A stretch of DNA of 64,000 nucleotides. It comes from Filimonas sp. (GTDB taxonomy: Bacteria; Bacteroidota; Bacteroidia; Chitinophagales; Chitinophagaceae). Shown piece by piece: positions 49,320 to 59,550 of the stretch. The position numbers and the translations under genes are program-made. Below the pieces are notes generated by a model. It was not told where the DNA came from. It saw only the letters and a program-made list of their open reading frames with translations, and made no database searches. The stretch covers positions 35,453 through 99,452 of the forward strand of contig JAFKHH010000017.1 of assembly GCA_017306865.1 (NCBI GenBank). Direction: 5' to 3'. Positions within the stretch are counted from its first letter, which is position 1. Every line of letters begins with the position of its first letter.

Positions 49320-49870
49320 TTTATCATCCCAGTCTCCGACTGGGATGCCTTGGCTTTTCGACTCCGTCGAATAGATTCTATACTGGCGCAGGCCTCCCGG
49401 CCTGTGTCTGCTTATTACTACAACATAATAACGAAAAGCCTACTGCCTGCAGTAAGATGATTAGTGACAACAAAGCACAGGCCGGGAGGCCTGCGCCAGT
49501 ATAAGCCCCGGCGTGTGTCTTCACGCGCCGGTTGGTAGCTGGTTCGTGGGGACACGAACCAGGGCGAAAAGTCCTAGAGGGACGCCAGATTGGTAGTTTA
49601 ATAATTCACACAAGTAGTTGAGCTCCGGAGGAGCGACAGAATGAATCGTTTTGCAAGGGAATAATTCTGTCGCCGCGCTGCGGCTCTGATTGGTGTGGGA
49701 TATATCTTTCTACCATTCTATCGAGCCTCCGGCTCTCTGTCATAGCAAGTACACGCAATATTTTTTGCTGAGATTATATAGCAACGTCTTTCGAACACCT
49801 ATAGCCGGGAGGCCTGCGCCAGTAAAAAAACGATGTGGGTATAAAGTAGGTCAGGAGACCAGAACATGAT
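49320..49870. repeat. structured non-coding region. 26-bp perfect inverted repeat (tactggcgcaggcctcccggcctgtg, 49381-49406 and 49477-49502) with a third copy at 49800-49826, plus several additional hairpins.
   Basis: Seen directly in sequence. No ORFs. GC-rich relative to its surroundings. Confidence 0.6.
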
Positions 49871-49875
49871 TGCAT

Positions 49876-49910
49876 ATAAATAAAAAAGCCTGCTTAAGCA
49901 GGCTTATAAC
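49876..49910. terminator. bidirectional terminator hairpin (aaaaaagcctgcttaagcaggcttat) downstream of mqo
   Basis: Perfect palindrome flanked by an A-run on one side and a T-rich stretch on the other. Confidence 0.7.
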
Positions 49911-49947
49911 AATTTAACAATGTAACTATTGAACAATGTATCTCTCA

Positions 49948-51432
49948 CTATTTTATTCCCAGCACGTCACTAGACCATTTGCGCATGTCGCGGCATAGTT
50001 CTGCTTCAGACGCGAGTGACTTACCATAAGAAGGGATCATTTGTTGTAATCTTACTTTCCACCCTGCTGCTTCTTTTTTGAAGCAACGCTCTACGAGGCC
50101 AAGCATAATAGCAACTGCGGTAGAGGCTCCTGGTGATGCGCCCAGCAATGCTGCGATAGAGCCATCTGCTGCGCTTACTACTTCGGTACCAAACTCCAAT
50201 ACGCCACCTTCTTCTTCATCTTTCTTGATCACCTGTACACGTTGCCCTGCTATTTCCAGCTCCCAGTCTTCCATTTTCGCATTCGGCATAAACTCTCTTA
50301 GTGCTTCCAGCCTGTCTTCAGGAGATTGGCGAACCTGGTTGATGAGGTATTTTGTAAGTGGAATGTTATTGTAACCTGCTGCCATCATAGGACGGATGTT
50401 GCTCACTTTTACAGAGCGGAACAGATCGAGATAAGAACCGTTTTTCAGAAACTTAGTAGAGAAGCCTGCATACGGCCCAAACAACAATGCTTTCTGTCCG
50501 TTGATCACGCGTGTATCCAGGTGAGGCACAGACATTGGCGGCGCGCCTACAGAGGCTTTGCCATATACTTTTGCATTGTGCTTTTCTATAATGTCGGGGT
50601 TAGTACATTTAAGCCACTGACCACTCACAGGGAAACCACCAAACCCTTTTCCTTCCGGTATATCTGATTTAAGCAGCAATGGCAATGAACCACCACCAGC
50701 TCCTATGAATACAAACTTTGTATTGACAATACGTTTCTCCCCGGTCGCCATGTCTTTCACCTTCAGGTCCCACGTACCATCATCTTCACGGTCTATGTCG
50801 CGCACTTCATGGTTAAAGTACATGGAAACGCCGTCTTGTTTTTTCAGGTAGTTAAACATACTGCGTGTAAGCGCACCGAAGTTTACATCGGTTCCAGTTT
50901 CCATACGTGTAGCAGCCAGCTTCTGATCACCTGTGCGTCCTTCCATTACAACCGGCATCCACTCTGACAATTTTGTATTGTCTTCCGAATATTCCATACC
51001 CTCGAAAAGATGACTTTTTGTAAGTGCATCGTGCCTTTTCTTCAGGTAAGAAACATTATCATCACCCCACACAAAACTCATGTGTGGAATGCTGCGTATA
51101 AATGATTGTGGATTATCTAAGATGCGTTGCTGTACAAGATATGCCCAGAACTGCCTCGACAGATCGAATGATTCTGCAATCTTGATGGCCTTGCTAATAT
51201 CTACCGAGCCGTTCTTCTCAGGTGTGTAGTTAAGTTCACAAAAAGCGGCGTGACCTGTGCCGGCATTGTTCCATGCATCGGAACTTTCTGCTGCCGCTAC
51301 ATCCAGCCTTTCAAAAACTTCAATTGTCCAATCTGGTTGCAACTGTTTTAAAAGTACGCCTAACGTTGCGCTCATAATGCCTGCCCCTATCAGTACCACA
51401 TCCGGCCCTTTCTTAATATCACTAGTGCTCAT
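49948..51432 (-). CDS. mqo: malate:quinone oxidoreductase
   Basis: N-terminus [44 protein letters not shown] and a 494-aa length match Mqo. Confidence 0.9.
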   Translation of the reverse strand: MSTSDIKKGPDVVLIGAGIMSATLGVLLKQLQPDWTIEVFERLDVAAAESSDAWNNAGTGHAAFCELNYTPEKNGSVDISKAIKIAESFDLSRQFWAYLVQQRILDNPQSFIRSIPHMSFVWGDDNVSYLKKRHDALTKSHLFEGMEYSEDNTKLSEWMPVVMEGRTGDQKLAATRMETGTDVNFGALTRSMFNYLKKQDGVSMYFNHEVRDIDREDDGTWDLKVKDMATGEKRIVNTKFVFIGAGGGSLPLLLKSDIPEGKGFGGFPVSGQWLKCTNPDIIEKHNAKVYGKASVGAPPMSVPHLDTRVINGQKALLFGPYAGFSTKFLKNGSYLDLFRSVKVSNIRPMMAAGYNNIPLTKYLINQVRQSPEDRLEALREFMPNAKMEDWELEIAGQRVQVIKKDEEEGGVLEFGTEVVSAADGSIAALLGASPGASTAVAIMLGLVERCFKKEAAGWKVRLQQMIPSYGKSLASEAELCRDMRKWSSDVLGIK

Positions 51433-51737
51433 TAGAAAAAATTAGAAGGAGAAAAAACGATTTTTTAAACGGTGTGCGAAGATACTAACAGAACAGCAGA
51501 AAACTTTGATAAAATGCAATCACAAGGCAGGTTTGACAGATATTTTGCAATGCTTACAAGTGTTCTGTATCAGTCCGTTATCCATGAAAACTATATGGGA
51601 CAATCACTTACGAGAAATACCGGATTTCGGAAACGTTTGCATAAAGATTTTCAAAATATATTATATTTTTAAAAATATCTGTCCGTACAATACTTTCTAT
51701 AAGTAGGCGTTTAAGGAAACAACCACCTTAAAGAACC

Positions 51738-52286
51738 ATGGCCACGCTTATCAAACTGGTAAGAGGTAAACACATTGTGGAATTCGACACGGGAAAATTC
51801 GACAATTGGTGTGTCTTTCTTACCAGGGAAAACCAATATCGCTATGCCCCCAAAGACCTGGAATATTATGCTTTGCTAAAAGCACTTGCGCGCACGCACG
51901 GGCATGAGAAGATCTATAACGACTTCCTGGCGCTTTATGAATGCACCGGCAGTAATATTGACGCTGCAGTATCTGAGCAGATCACAACACTTGCCAACAC
52001 ATATACTACCGACGCAGAAGAGGCTGACACATGGTTTACCATTATCTATGGCAACATGGTTGCGGAAGAGAATAAACCGCGTGCTATGCTGAAGAAGAAA
52101 ATAAAACGGTTAGCCATGCACTTGTTGCTGATAGAAGATACAGCCCCGCAGGATGTGGTGAACTTCTGTAAAGGAAAATCGTGGAGGGAGCTACAACATA
52201 TTATGCAAGAAAAGGGGTTGCTGGCTTTACTTTTCATAATTGGATACGAGGAGTTCAAATATCTCACCCCGTTTGGATGGAACTGA
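51738..52286 (+). CDS. hypothetical protein (182 aa), convergent with the Dam gene and overlapping its 3-prime end by 60 nt
   Basis: Protein-like composition. No family recognised. Confidence 0.45.
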   Translation: MATLIKLVRGKHIVEFDTGKFDNWCVFLTRENQYRYAPKDLEYYALLKALARTHGHEKIYNDFLALYECTGSNIDAAVSEQITTLANTYTTDAEEADTWFTIIYGNMVAEENKPRAMLKKKIKRLAMHLLLIEDTAPQDVVNFCKGKSWRELQHIMQEKGLLALLFIIGYEEFKYLTPFGWN

Positions 52287-53138
52287 ATTGATGGCACGCT
52301 TAGCCCTCACCCTGTCTATGTACATATTTTCCTGGGAGAATAGCTCATCAAAGAAGTTGTCCTCCGGGTCTATATTCTTCGGATCAGAATTACTGAGCAG
52401 CCATTTTGCATCCGCACCGGTAAGGTCGTTACAGAAATCCCGCAGGCGTATTTGTTCCGTATCATCAAACACACTATTTGCATACGCATTGAAAGAAGCC
52501 GTCTTGCTGATAGGCTTATATGGCGGATCAAGATAGTAGAAACAATTTCCATCTGCATACGCAAGCGTTTGCGCGTAGTCACCCTGGAAGACAGTCACTT
52601 TTCTAAGCACTTTATGCACTGCCAGTATCTTTCGCGTATCGCAGATGTTGGGCTTGATATACCGGCCAAAAGGTACATTAAAAACATTCTGGCTGTTTAC
52701 ACGATACAGGCCATTGAAACATGTCTTATTCAAAAAGATGAAATGCGCAGTCCTTACAAGCGTATCCATCGGCGTAAAATTATAGGCGTCCCTTTTTTCA
52801 AGATAAAGCGACAAGCGCTGCTCATTGGAGCGGCACGCATAATAAGCCTCATGAAAGCCTGATAAGATCTTCAGTAAATTTTCCGGCTCTGCTTTTATAA
52901 CAGCATATGCATTGATAAGATCTGTATTTACATCACTAATAACGGCGCTCTTTACTGAAGGGAATTGCTGCAGGAACCAAAACATAACAGCGCCACTTCC
53001 AATAAAAGGCTCTACATAAATCAGATCGGAATTACTGCACACTATGCCAGGTAATGCAGTGTGTATAGAAGAGATAAGTTGCCCTTTGCCCCCAGCCCAC
53101 TTCAGAAAAGGTTTAGCTTTCGTTGCTGTCGCGTACAT
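52227..53138 (-). CDS. dam: DNA adenine methyltransferase (Dam / D12 class N6-adenine MTase), orphan
   Basis: N-terminal FLKWAGGKGQL motif I and catalytic DPPY (YYLDPPYKP). No cognate endonuclease gene seen. Confidence 0.85.
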   Translation of the reverse strand: MYATATKAKPFLKWAGGKGQLISSIHTALPGIVCSNSDLIYVEPFIGSGAVMFWFLQQFPSVKSAVISDVNTDLINAYAVIKAEPENLLKILSGFHEAYYACRSNEQRLSLYLEKRDAYNFTPMDTLVRTAHFIFLNKTCFNGLYRVNSQNVFNVPFGRYIKPNICDTRKILAVHKVLRKVTVFQGDYAQTLAYADGNCFYYLDPPYKPISKTASFNAYANSVFDDTEQIRLRDFCNDLTGADAKWLLSNSDPKNIDPEDNFFDELFSQENMYIDRVRAKRAINSVPSKRGEIFELLVSNYEK

Positions 53139-53239
53139 TCTTGATAAGCAGTATGTGTTTACAATTTTAGGTATTCGCATGCGAATAAAAAAAATTGCTT
53201 TCAGATCGAAACGCAAGCTGGGCGCGGATTCTGATCAAA

Positions 53240-53276
53240 AACGAAAGCGGCTCCCCTATGAAGAGAGCCGCTTTTG
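53240..53276 (-). terminator. terminator hairpin (agcggctc...gagccgct) after the SRPBCC gene
   Basis: Stem-loop followed by a T-run on the minus strand. Confidence 0.55.
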
Positions 53277-53294
53277 TAGTATTATTTTTACAAA

Positions 53295-53690
53295 CTAATC
53301 TTCGCTGTAAAATTCGTCCAAAGCAGCCATATAAGAGTGCGTCCAGCCCTCTGTAATATCATCATACTCACTATCAGGAATATTTGTATGACGAATTTCT
53401 ACTGAAGTGCCGTTTTTATGCTCATGCAGCTTAATGGTAACGATAGAAGGCTCTTCCTGGTCAAAATACCATTGCTGGGTAATTTTTTTCCCACTTTCAA
53501 ATTCAATATTTTTTCCAACAATACTTCCATCCCACAAGGAAAACTCGCTTCCGGGCACTTCGGACATTTCTGCGGCCTCACCCGTCCATAGCTGTATGGT
53601 TGCAGGATTAGTCAATGCAGTGTACACTTCTGCCGGCGTAACTGGAAGGATGTAATACTTTTTGAAGTCTTTCATAACGCAAATGTACAA
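53295..53690 (-). CDS. SRPBCC family protein (AHSA1 / activator-of-Hsp90-ATPase-like)
   Basis: 131-aa protein with ...TIQLWTGEAAEM...TQQWYFDQEEPSIVTIKLHEH. Confidence 0.7.
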   Translation of the reverse strand: MYICVMKDFKKYYILPVTPAEVYTALTNPATIQLWTGEAAEMSEVPGSEFSLWDGSIVGKNIEFESGKKITQQWYFDQEEPSIVTIKLHEHKNGTSVEIRHTNIPDSEYDDITEGWTHSYMAALDEFYSED

Positions 53691-53780
53691 TTGCTATACT
53701 TGTTATATGATATAATTACAGCTATAAATCATACCTGCCGTTGAAATATTTTACGACTTTTATGCAAACAAAACCTTACT

Positions 53781-54272
53781 ATGAGCGCTAAGAGAAAAAT
53801 TACATGGGCGATCATTATCGTTCTGATCGTAATCCAATTTATAAGGCCGTCAAAAAACAAGGCGGAAACACCTTCAGTAAATGACATATCCCATAAATAC
53901 TCCCAGACCCCGTACATACAGAAAATTCTGCAAACAGCTTGTCTTGATTGTCATAGCAACAACACGCATTACCCCTGGTACACCAATATTCAACCCGTTG
54001 GCTGGTGGATGCAAAAACATGTAAACGATGGAAAACGCCATCTTAATTTTTCCGAATTCCTTAGCTATGACCCTAAAAAAGCAAATCATAAAATGGCAGA
54101 AGTTGCTGAAACGTTGGATGAAGGTTCAATGCCATTAAATTCTTACCTCTGGATACATAAAGATGCAAAACTTTCTGCTGAAGAAAAGGACTCTGTGATT
54201 GCCTGGGCAAAACAGGTTCAGCTTGAAATACAGCAGGCTAACCCCGGCGTAAATTATAACAATACAAAATGA
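53781..54272 (+). CDS. haem-binding domain protein (Haem_bd-like, CxxCH-type motif)
   Basis: N-terminal TM helix and CLDCHSN...HYPWYTNIQPVGWWMQKHVNDGKRHLNFSEF. Confidence 0.7.
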   Translation: MSAKRKITWAIIIVLIVIQFIRPSKNKAETPSVNDISHKYSQTPYIQKILQTACLDCHSNNTHYPWYTNIQPVGWWMQKHVNDGKRHLNFSEFLSYDPKKANHKMAEVAETLDEGSMPLNSYLWIHKDAKLSAEEKDSVIAWAKQVQLEIQQANPGVNYNNTK

Positions 54273-54280
54273 TTATAGAA

Positions 54281-54322
54281 GAACGGTGCATCTGACATGC
54301 ACCGTTCTTCTATACAGCAAAG
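54281..54322. terminator. bidirectional terminator (agaagaacggtgcat ctga catgcaccgttcttct)
   Basis: 15-bp perfect inverted repeat between convergent genes. Confidence 0.7.
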
Positions 54323-54349
54323 TTTAATATCTTCTTTGTCACTCACCTC

Positions 54350-55738
54350 CTACCAGCTATCTGTTCTGAACGGGTAGGCAGGCAAGCCTTCTGTGTTATA
54401 CAGGTTACCCGGCGCATAATCTTTAAATCCATAGCGAACAGCAACAGGTGTTTTCACCTGCTCGCTTAGTAAGACAATTCCTTTACCTGTTATATTGGCT
54501 TTTGCAGGATAGAATATTTTATCTGCGCCAGCTACTTCAAATGATATAAGCTCTTTGCCAAAGGCAGTATAACCAAACGTGGCGTTATCAAACGCAACGG
54601 TAACAGTATCTTTATTTACCTGCATCGTTTTATAGACCGGCCCTTTATAAGCAATTCCTTTTTTACCATAATCATTTGCAAGTGCCCAATACAGCAAACG
54701 CCTGGCAACAGTTGTTTTGTCTGATGGATGAATTGTCTTACTGCTACCTATATCAATCGTAGCAGCCATGCCACTGTTTGGTATTAACGCCATGGATGCA
54801 AATTGTTTTTCCTGCAATACAGGCACAAGCTCTTTACTATCCGCATAGTTAAACGGTGCTATTTGCACATAGTAAAAAGGCCAGTTGCCGGCATCCCACA
54901 GCTTACGCCATATAGACACCAGCGCTTCCATTTTCTTATCGTAGGCAAATGGGTTCTTGCGATTGTTCTCTCCCTGGTACCAAAGCGTGCCTTTAATAGT
55001 GTAACCAACTATGGGGTTTATCATGGCATTGAACAACACTTGCGGATCATTCTTACCGATCTTTGCCGTATCAGCAGGGCGCTTAAAATCATTAAACGGT
55101 TGCAGGCTTGTTGTTGTCATCCATGCTTCTATATCTGTACCGCCGTATGCGGATTGGATCACGCCTACTGGTACGTTTAATTTTTCCTGTAGCATACGGG
55201 CAAACTGGTAACCAACTGCACTAAACTCTTTTACATTAGCAGCATTTGCTTCTTCCCATTTACTATCCATTTTTGTCAATGGAGTTTTGGACATATTCTT
55301 TTCTATCCGGAATAGTCTTATGCCTGGCTTATCTGCATCCAGTAATATATCGTTTGAATTCAGGATAGGCTGATTACTGAATCCGCGTACCGGCATTTCC
55401 ATATTGGACTGTCCTGAACATAACCACACTTCACCGATCAATACGTTTCCAAGTACTTTCTTTTCGCCATCGTTAAATGTGATTTTGTAAGGGCCACCGG
55501 CTACTGGCGTTTGCACGCGCGTTTTGAAATTACCTTCAGCAGTTGTTTTAATCGTGTACGTTTTATTATTCCACGAAGTGGTAATAGTCATCGATGCATT
55601 CTTTTTTGCATTCCCCCACAGCAATACTTGCGATTGCTGCTGCAATACCATATTATCGCTGATAACAGCAGGCAGTTCTACGTTTGCAAAAGAGATACAG
55701 GTTATAAAAAGAAGCAAGAAGGATAGGCTATATTTCAT
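54350..55738 (-). CDS. sialate O-acetylesterase (SASA/SGNH family)
   Basis: Signal peptide. LCSGQSNM catalytic Ser motif and DxxH-like C-terminal block. Located in the sialic-acid locus. Confidence 0.8.
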   Translation of the reverse strand: MKYSLSFLLLFITCISFANVELPAVISDNMVLQQQSQVLLWGNAKKNASMTITTSWNNKTYTIKTTAEGNFKTRVQTPVAGGPYKITFNDGEKKVLGNVLIGEVWLCSGQSNMEMPVRGFSNQPILNSNDILLDADKPGIRLFRIEKNMSKTPLTKMDSKWEEANAANVKEFSAVGYQFARMLQEKLNVPVGVIQSAYGGTDIEAWMTTTSLQPFNDFKRPADTAKIGKNDPQVLFNAMINPIVGYTIKGTLWYQGENNRKNPFAYDKKMEALVSIWRKLWDAGNWPFYYVQIAPFNYADSKELVPVLQEKQFASMALIPNSGMAATIDIGSSKTIHPSDKTTVARRLLYWALANDYGKKGIAYKGPVYKTMQVNKDTVTVAFDNATFGYTAFGKELISFEVAGADKIFYPAKANITGKGIVLLSEQVKTPVAVRYGFKDYAPGNLYNTEGLPAYPFRTDSW

Positions 55739-55768
55739 AAAAGTTATTTCATTTATTTAAAAAATATA

Positions 55769-55850
55769 TTGCTCGCGGAAAACGCAGAAACCGCGGAATT
55801 AGTTTCTGCGTTTTCCGTGTTTTCTGCGAGAGAAATATCGCAAAGAATGC
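55769..55850. repeat. repeat family 4 copy immediately upstream of the esterase start
   Basis: ttgctcgcggaaaacgcagaaaccgcggaatt agtttctgcgttttccgtgttttctgcgag. Confidence 0.7.
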
Positions 55851-55887
55851 GGATTAACAATTCAACCATTAAACAATTCAACAATCC

Positions 55888-58461
55888 TCAAATTTTCAAA
55901 TTCTCTTTCTTCCCCACTAAGCTCACCACATACGCCACTACCACACAAATTACAATCGCAAATACAGGATATAAAAAGAAACTTACGTTGGTTGCGGATT
56001 GTATGAAGTAAAGGCTAATTGCGCTGACAAAAAATCCTGTAAGCACACCTACACTGTTTATGCGGGGAAAGAAGATGCCCGCAACAAACATTCCTGCAAG
56101 GCAACCACCAAACAACCCGATTATTTTCAGATACTGATCCCAGATAGAAGCATTGCTTAGATACACCAGGTAGATGGCGATGCAGCATCCCAGCAAGCCA
56201 AGCACAAAAGTTGTCCATCGCGCAAAACGGAACCGCTGCTGATCGGTGCTTTGTGGCTTTACTGATTGATAAAAATCTGTAGTCACCACCGTTGCTATGG
56301 AGTTCATGCTGGAACTGATCGTAGACATAGTAGCTGCGAATAACCCGGCAATGACCAGCCCGGCTAACCCTGCGGGCAACTGCTGTGAAATGAACCAGGG
56401 AAAAATATCATCCGTATGCCCATGCGGATCAAGTTGCGCGGGATTGTGCCTGAAGTACACCCACAAGGCTGTGCCTACGCTAAAGAAGATGAGTGAGGCT
56501 GGTATAACCAATATTGCATTTGTATAAATGGATTGTCTTGCTTCTTTTTCTGTAGCTGTTGTAAGGTAACGTTGTACTACTACCTGGTCTGAAGAATAGG
56601 TTACGAGCTGGGTAAGAAACCCGCCAACAAACACAACCCACAACACCGGCTGTGTAAAACTCCATCCGAGTGTAGCCACACGCAATTTATCATGCGACAC
56701 GGCTTCTGAGAAAAGTGTACCCCAGCCGCCATTAATGGAGTGCGCAATAAAGAACAGGCTCAGCAATGCACCACCCAGCAATACCCCTACCTGCATTACT
56801 TCTGTCCAGATCACGGCTTCTATACCACCGGACACGCTATACGCTGTAGTAATTAAACTAGTTCCTATAATGCAGACAAATATATTGATACCGGTAACTG
56901 TACTTAGTACCAATGCAGGTAAATAAATAACAATACCCAGGCGGCTAACCTGGAACAATACAAAATTCACGCTGCCCAATAATTTCACTTTCGCATTGAA
57001 ACGTATATGTAAGTATTCGTAAACGCTGGTAAGCTTTAACTTCCTGAAGTAGGGCAGGTAAAAATAAACGATGATAGGCGCGACTGCAACGATCATCATA
57101 TTGCTTAAAAAATAAACCCAATTGGTAGCATACGCTTTTGCAGGAATAGCAATGAAGGTTAGCGCGCTAAGCTTGGAACCGAAAATACTTAAACCCGCAG
57201 CCCACCACGGTATCTTGCCACCACCCAAAAAGAAATCGCTTGTTGTACTTTTCATTTTGCGCGACACATACACACTAATACTTACGAGTAATACAAAGTA
57301 GAGTGCAAGCACAGACCAGTCAAGCCATTTGAATGCGCCTCCCGGGTGTACAGGTGTAGCCATTAGCACACGCGGGGTACGTGTTGCGGGCCTTGCTTCG
57401 CCTGAAGGAATTACTACATTACCATTCCATACGACTAGTGGTGTGGTGACGGGGGACCAGGTACTTGCAACAGGATTATCTGCGGCATCGCTTTTCCTGT
57501 CTGTAAATACACGCCCCATATCCGCCCATGATTCAGTAATGGTATTGAATGCATAGATCGTAGCAGAAAAACCGGGATGACTATTCTTTAAAGAATCATT
57601 TTGCAAAAAATATTGCCCGTTGTCTCCACCGAAAATGAGCAACTGCGATTGCCCTGCATTGTACGCAGGTGTAGGGGCAGCCGTTACTGGTTGCGGCAGA
57701 TCCGGCAGCCTGCTCCAACCAGTAACAGGAGAATATTTGTAAGCATCTTTTAAATATTCCCGTTGTATTTTCCCCTGTGCATCTGTGTGTAGATGCGCAC
57801 CGCTGAATAAATAAAAATTACCATCCTGCACGCCTGTAATGCTCAGCATACGTGATGGCCCGGGCCATGATGGCAGTGTATTCCAGGCACGTGTGACTTT
57901 CGGCGTAATAAGATTGAGCGATAAAAAATAATTATGTGCAGTATCTGTTGCAGACTGTACGCCTCCCGCTATGTATAATGTATTGCCTGCAATAGCACCG
58001 GACGCATTTGCTAAAGGAAATGGCAGTTCGGGCAATTCTTCTGTTGTGATTTTCCCTTGCTGATAGCGAAGTATAAAAGCAGCGCTATAATATTTTTCCG
58101 CATCGTTGCCGCCAATACAGATTACGCCATCTTGCCAGGTAAGCGATATACCATAAGCCAGTGGATGTGGCAACATACCAGCTTGTTTCCACTGTGCCTG
58201 TGCATTTTCCAATACATATATGTCACTATAGTATGTTTTAGTGCCGCCTGTCCATGGCGCACCGGCAGGAAAGTTGGCGCCTCCGGCAAAAAGCAATGCA
58301 CTATTGCTCACACCGGCAAATCCACCGGCGAACCCAACATTGCCAGGTAGTGGTGGCAGTTGCGTCCATTTAAAATATTGCGGAAGGGAGTCGTTGGCAA
58401 ATGTGGTATTTGCTGCAACAAGTGTGTATAAGGTAATGAGGAAAAACAAATACTTTTTCAA
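55888..58461 (-). CDS. fusion protein: N-terminal NanM-like (Kelch-repeat) N-acetylneuraminate mutarotase plus C-terminal sodium:solute symporter (SSS family, sialic acid transporter-like)
   Basis: Signal peptide and Kelch-type repeats (LLFAGG, ICIGG, LYIAGG, YLFSG, LLIFGG) for about 390 aa, then 13-14 TM helices with SSS-type motifs. Confidence 0.75.
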   Translation of the reverse strand: MKKYLFFLITLYTLVAANTTFANDSLPQYFKWTQLPPLPGNVGFAGGFAGVSNSALLFAGGANFPAGAPWTGGTKTYYSDIYVLENAQAQWKQAGMLPHPLAYGISLTWQDGVICIGGNDAEKYYSAAFILRYQQGKITTEELPELPFPLANASGAIAGNTLYIAGGVQSATDTAHNYFLSLNLITPKVTRAWNTLPSWPGPSRMLSITGVQDGNFYLFSGAHLHTDAQGKIQREYLKDAYKYSPVTGWSRLPDLPQPVTAAPTPAYNAGQSQLLIFGGDNGQYFLQNDSLKNSHPGFSATIYAFNTITESWADMGRVFTDRKSDAADNPVASTWSPVTTPLVVWNGNVVIPSGEARPATRTPRVLMATPVHPGGAFKWLDWSVLALYFVLLVSISVYVSRKMKSTTSDFFLGGGKIPWWAAGLSIFGSKLSALTFIAIPAKAYATNWVYFLSNMMIVAVAPIIVYFYLPYFRKLKLTSVYEYLHIRFNAKVKLLGSVNFVLFQVSRLGIVIYLPALVLSTVTGINIFVCIIGTSLITTAYSVSGGIEAVIWTEVMQVGVLLGGALLSLFFIAHSINGGWGTLFSEAVSHDKLRVATLGWSFTQPVLWVVFVGGFLTQLVTYSSDQVVVQRYLTTATEKEARQSIYTNAILVIPASLIFFSVGTALWVYFRHNPAQLDPHGHTDDIFPWFISQQLPAGLAGLVIAGLFAATMSTISSSMNSIATVVTTDFYQSVKPQSTDQQRFRFARWTTFVLGLLGCCIAIYLVYLSNASIWDQYLKIIGLFGGCLAGMFVAGIFFPRINSVGVLTGFFVSAISLYFIQSATNVSFFLYPVFAIVICVVVAYVVSLVGKKENLKI

Positions 58462-58470
58462 GCTAAAACT

Positions 58471-59418
58471 TTAGTGCGTTTGAAGAGTGGTTTTCTTTAT
58501 CTCATGCCTGCATTTATCTACTATACTAAAGAAGTGAACCTGCTCAAGCATACTTTGTAATTTATTCGAGTCCGCCTCACTCAGGCTTTGCAACGGCAGG
58601 CGACATGCGCCAAGATCAAACCCGATCATTTTCATTATTGCGCGTTGCGCAGGTATGGGCGAGAACTTTACGAGACACCGTACCATTTCTACAGAAGCTA
58701 ACTGCATCTTTCTTGCTTCTTCATGTTCATCATTATTATAATGCGCTATTACCTGCTGGTATAATGGTGCGGCGAAGGTATAGGTACTGCCGATAGCGCC
58801 TTTTGCGCCTACAGCCAATGCGCTTAACAACAGCTCGTCATAACCAAAGAGAATATCGTACTTACCGTTTTTGTAATTAAGACATGCCTGGTATTCATGA
58901 ATAGTAGCGGCGGTATATTTAATACCCGCCAGGTTAGGTATTTTCTCTTCAGCCAATTGCAGAAACTCTACCATATCCATAGCCACATTTGTTAGCGCCG
59001 GAATGTGATAATAGTAAAAAGGCATAGACGGCGCAGCCGATGCAATTTGTGCAATACTATCTACGAGGTTCTGCACAGATGATGGCTTAAAGTAAAATGC
59101 AGCAACAGAGGAAATAGCATCTGCACCAATTCTTACCGCATGTGCGGCAAGCCGTTGAGACTCGTGTATAGAAGTATGCCCTACATGTACAAATACAAGC
59201 AATCTTTTATTTGCTGCTTTTACATAGGCTTCTGCTACCGTCATTCTTTCTTCCACAGTCAGGTTCGGCCCTTCACCATTGGTGCCACAGATAAAAACGC
59301 CTGCCAGTTTATCTTCCACTAGCTTGTTTACAATACCGGGTATTGCATCCAGGTCCAGCGAACCATCTTTTTTAAACGCGGCGAACGTAGCCGCAACTAA
59401 TCCTTCAATCTTTATCAT
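58471..59418 (-). CDS. nanA: N-acetylneuraminate lyase (DHDPS/NAL family)
   Basis: GVFICGTNGEGPNLTVEER schiff-base-enzyme N-terminal motif. Located in the sialic-acid locus. Confidence 0.75.
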   Translation of the reverse strand: MIKIEGLVAATFAAFKKDGSLDLDAIPGIVNKLVEDKLAGVFICGTNGEGPNLTVEERMTVAEAYVKAANKRLLVFVHVGHTSIHESQRLAAHAVRIGADAISSVAAFYFKPSSVQNLVDSIAQIASAAPSMPFYYYHIPALTNVAMDMVEFLQLAEEKIPNLAGIKYTAATIHEYQACLNYKNGKYDILFGYDELLLSALAVGAKGAIGSTYTFAAPLYQQVIAHYNNDEHEEARKMQLASVEMVRCLVKFSPIPAQRAIMKMIGFDLGACRLPLQSLSEADSNKLQSMLEQVHFFSIVDKCRHEIKKTTLQTH

Positions 59419-59550
59419 TGTTCACTCTTTATATTTAAAATCCTGTAAGCATTAAAATTGTTATATGGTTCTATTGTTTAATTGTTATGATCGCAACAGA
59501 AGAAAAACCATTTAACAATTTGACCATGCAGCCATGTATTGCTTCGTGAT

